A stretch of DNA of 64,000 bases from Takakia lepidozioides (lineage: Eukaryota; Plantae; Bryophyta), in contig CM060734.1 in assembly GCA_030704615.1 (NCBI GenBank), forward strand, positions 21,452,001 to 21,516,000. Direction: 5' to 3'. Shown here piece by piece: positions 60,452-64,000 of this stretch; within the stretch, counting starts at the first letter, position 1; each line of letters begins with the position of its first letter. A model generated the notes under the pieces. That model worked only from the letters and a program-made list of their open reading frames with translations. It made no database searches and was not told the DNA's origin. The translations under genes and the position numbers were made by a program.

Positions 60452-63400
60452 GGCATTCCCTCACAACCTTCCCACAAACTAAACGTCAAATCTTTGCCCT
60501 CTCTAACTTTCCGGCACCTTTCTTTTCGCTCCTTCTCTCGCTGTCTTGAAGCCTCCCCGAACAATGGAAGCGTCCAATGCACACCACAAGCTCTCCCCAG
60601 CTTCGTCACTGCATTCCACGATTCATCTGCAAAATTCCTCCACCTTCGTCCCCATTCACCACCGCAACAACAACATTACATGAGATCCTCCACCTCAATT
60701 GCCTCCCACTCACTCTTATTCTGCACACAATCCCTCAGATCCACCATCGTCTCAACCAATCGCCCGCTCCCCGCGTTGCTCCTTATTGCAAAGAAATGTG
60801 CGGGGTTTGACGAGCCATGGCTCTCAACAAGCGAACACGAAAGCAAGCCACTCCTCAGCTCGCGGCAGCCTAACTAACCCCCATTACTTACGCTAACCCA
60901 CGCCTTCCTTACTCAACTGTACAGTTGGAGGTCCGTTTGCGGGAAATATCAAACTATCTGGATGAAAGTCGATGGATTCCACGCTCCGAGTTCTTCTATC
61001 ATCGTGGGAACTTGGCATAGGGAACTTTGGGGCGGAGAGGAAGGCACAGCGGCTTAGTGCTGACGCTTCGCAAGACTGCGAGCATCCGGATATGGGAGCT
61101 GGAGCTTGCAACAATGGAGTGGATAGAGGTTCACAAACTGCCCGGTGCGTCGAATTTTTGGAGCCTTTGTCACCTTTCACGCTGTGTGTCTGTTTGGGCC
61201 TTAGTGATCTGGTTTGTCTAACGACCAACTGTTGCTGCTGCTGTTGTATCAAGCAGTTGCCACAAATTGGCATGCTATACATGAGAGAGAGAATGTACTC
61301 ATAAAACGTTTGCTGTGGGTTGTGGCCATAGCCCCGCGTCCAGTTTGGACCGAACAAAGGGGAACATACAGTACATACCTTTGTGAGGGGCTTGCTCCAG
61401 CAGTGGGACTTACCTGAAATGTAGAGAGAGAGATGGAGAGAGAGCTCATTCAAGTCTGGTGCATGCACTAAATGGAAAAACCCAGGGACTTCCAAGAATA
61501 GTGAATGTGGAGTTTTGTGGTTTCAACTAACTTTTTCTCTATTGAAGGATGTTCTGAGCTTCAGGAATAGAGTCGGGGTTGCGAAAATACGTCTCACTCA
61601 TTTTCCAAGTGCATGACTTCAACTGATGAAATGCAGGCTGTGCATACTGCGTGGGAAAATCTTTGGATCCTGGAAGTGGGCTCCTTCACAAGTGCCCTAC
61701 TTTGTCTGCACCACAAAGAAGTATCAGCACCAGATTAACACTAGTTGCCCTGAATGAAGGAGTGAGTACAAGAGGGATTTAGGTGAAGACAAAGATGTAC
61801 TGGTGTTTGTAGTGCAAACTAAATAGACAGTGGGGGGGAGATGGAAAATGCCACCAACATAACAGATGGATAACTTATGCTGCAAGCGGGGTGATTTGCA
61901 GTATGGTGTGAAAAATATGCGTGATGACCTCCTTCAAAGACACATGCTTTATCGAAATTGCCCCTGCTGAGCTGAAGACCAAACGAGGTTTGCTACTGGT
62001 GCCTTCTTCATGGGCTGTTCTAATGGCAGGCACTCTCTTCACTGGCATAAGGGGCCACCACAGTCATTCTTGAATGACAATCATATGGCGAACTTTGCAA
62101 CCAGCCTACTTAGGGCTTTTGTCCTAATATGCCATGCCCGCAAAGAACATGCTTTAGGGTGTACAATTTGTGTTCTCATTTTCTAAAATACACATCCAAT
62201 TAGCCCAACCAATCTATTTCAACTTCATTTTTTTTTATGTGTGTACTCGGAGATTCATGGAGATTCATGCAGAGCTTTACCTCACCTTCTGGGCAGAGGT
62301 CCACTACAATTCAATTTACCCAATAGGAGGTAATTTTCTCTTTGGGCTTCCTCTCTCAGTAGTACTGGATTCATCGAGATCTACTAGTGCACTGGACTGG
62401 ATTGTATAGAGATGGGTGAATTCTCCAGCCATTGCTGAGTGACTGAATCAAAGAAAATGCATTGGAACAGCAGTCTGCTGTGGAACAGTTGTTTAGATCT
62501 ATTTTATGGGTTACAAGTTTAAGCTCATGCAAGTTCCATCCTACTAAAAGTGTTCTCAGGCTCAAAGGTAGGCCAGTCCAACTCCCACCTCCTTCCTTCT
62601 AAAGACAATGGCTATGTGAATGTTGACAACTACTCAAGTCAGGAGCCCACACGGGCAGGCCCTCCATCTAGGGAATGAGGTTTGTAGTTCTCTCTTTGTC
62701 TGTCTTTAGCAAATTATTGAGCCTAACACACACTTGCTCTTTCACCCAGAATTACCAGGATATTTGGAGGATGACTATGCCTGGGGCGCTCCTGACACGA
62801 ATCTCTAGTGAATGCTCCTTCCTTGTTTCTGCAAAGACGGAAGCTGATTACTTGCACCCTGCTGGCCAGAATTTCAGGAGGGAGTTATTTTGTGCAGATC
62901 CTTTGTTTTTGTGCTGTGTCAATGCTGCTGACAACACATAGTTCCATGCATTTTGGAAATCGAACGAAGAGCAGATTCAGTCTAAAGGGAAGTTGAAATG
63001 AATGCATGTCATACACATGTAAACTTAATGTCTGTCTACCAACATGTATACTAGGTCTATCAAATGGCACACATACATGTGTTGGTGAGCATTTCTTTGA
63101 GTTGGGTTTGCAAACAGGGCAACCTGGTAGGGACTTGTCTACGTAGTGTACAGCAAGTGTCTGTCAGTGTTGTGAGTTCCTTTGGAAATCGTTCCAGGTC
63201 TAGTGTTGCACAGCAGTTTTGTGGAAACTTTGTAGTGAGCCCTCTGCAAGTCGCATGAAGGAAGTGTGCTTTGGAGTAGTCTAGTAGAACTCACATGAGG
63301 ATTTTATGGTTGCGTGTTTTGGCAGCACTCAAATGGCCCCAGATGCGGTAGATCTTAATAGCAGATATAGTGTAAATTTCTGTTACTATCATCTTGTGGC

Positions 63401-63631
63401 CATTGACCCATGGGGCAGAAATAGAGTCAAGAACAGAGGAGATAGAGAGAGAATGTGGGCAGGTGGATGAGTGCACTAGCAGATAAGGGCCTTTTGGTCT
63501 TGCTCAGTGTTCTAAATGGAGTTGTTTTTCTGGTAGACAATCAGATCGTAGCCTTTCTAATGCTTAAGAATCTGGCTTATAGGAGGTCTAATTTCTTGTG
63601 GATTGTCTCCAGTAGGACAAGGTCTTCCTAG

Positions 63632-63892
63632 TTAGAAAAGGTTCAACTGGTCATGTTGTAAAATGAGGTCATCTACAAACAGCTGTTTCCAGCGGAAGAA
63701 GAACCAAGTCACCACCGCAAACAGTCCAATGGCTCGCAACTTGATGATCACATCATGCTCCATAAGTTGTTCCATGTGGAAGAAAGTTGCCAGTGACCGT
63801 ACAGTGTTCCCTCCACAGTACCCAGGTCTGCATCTGCAAATGATTAATGTGTTGATTTTATGTGCTACAGATGGGATGATCTGTGTATACAA
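63632..63892 (-). pseudogene. Possible membrane-protein exon fragment (weak MscS-like/MSL1 resemblance)
   Basis: IGLFAVVTWFFFRWKQLFV resembles the WFxxRWK transmembrane segment of plant MSL1. No conserved MscS core was found. Confidence 0.25.
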
Positions 63893-64000
63893 GCAACTTG
63901 GATAGCTATTAGTTACAGGTCAGGCATGCATCACTTCAAGCTCCAATATCTGTGGCTTGACTGTGCTACTAGAACGAACACTTGGGTGTCTCGAAATACA

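Noticed and set aside
60083-61495. ORFs 60083-60877 (+) and 60893-61495 (-) as genes
   Set aside because: The first is largely antisense to BTB exon 1. The second is low-complexity, has no recognisable domain and crosses a likely splice donor.

Overview
Eukaryotic, repeat-dense nuclear DNA. The host is most likely a non-seed land plant (bryophyte, lycophyte or fern), inferred from PLS-class PPR motifs, an At3g56230-like BTB gene, an NBS1 homolog and spliceosomal introns. About 80% of the window is nested or truncated transposable elements: several Ty3/gypsy LTR families (labelled A, B, C here), L1 LINE pieces, a near-intact CRE-clade RT-RLE retrotransposon, a Crypton/DUF3504-like tyrosine-recombinase ORF, a tRNA-derived SINE and an unclassified protease+dUTPase-like element (family D, 2 copies). 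A 500-N scaffold gap lies at 19243-19742. The standout is a Ty3/gypsy element (9738-19242, minus strand) whose polyprotein carries a DNMT3-like C5 cytosine methyltransferase between protease and RT, plus a PHD finger at the integrase C-terminus. Other notable items are a decayed tandem cluster of PPR genes with an intron-split OSB-type 'PDF' motif at the N-terminus, and an unknown ORF conserved between PBS and gag in two gypsy families. The only clearly intact host gene is the two-exon BTB/POZ gene. All domain calls are by-eye motif recognition; no database search was run.
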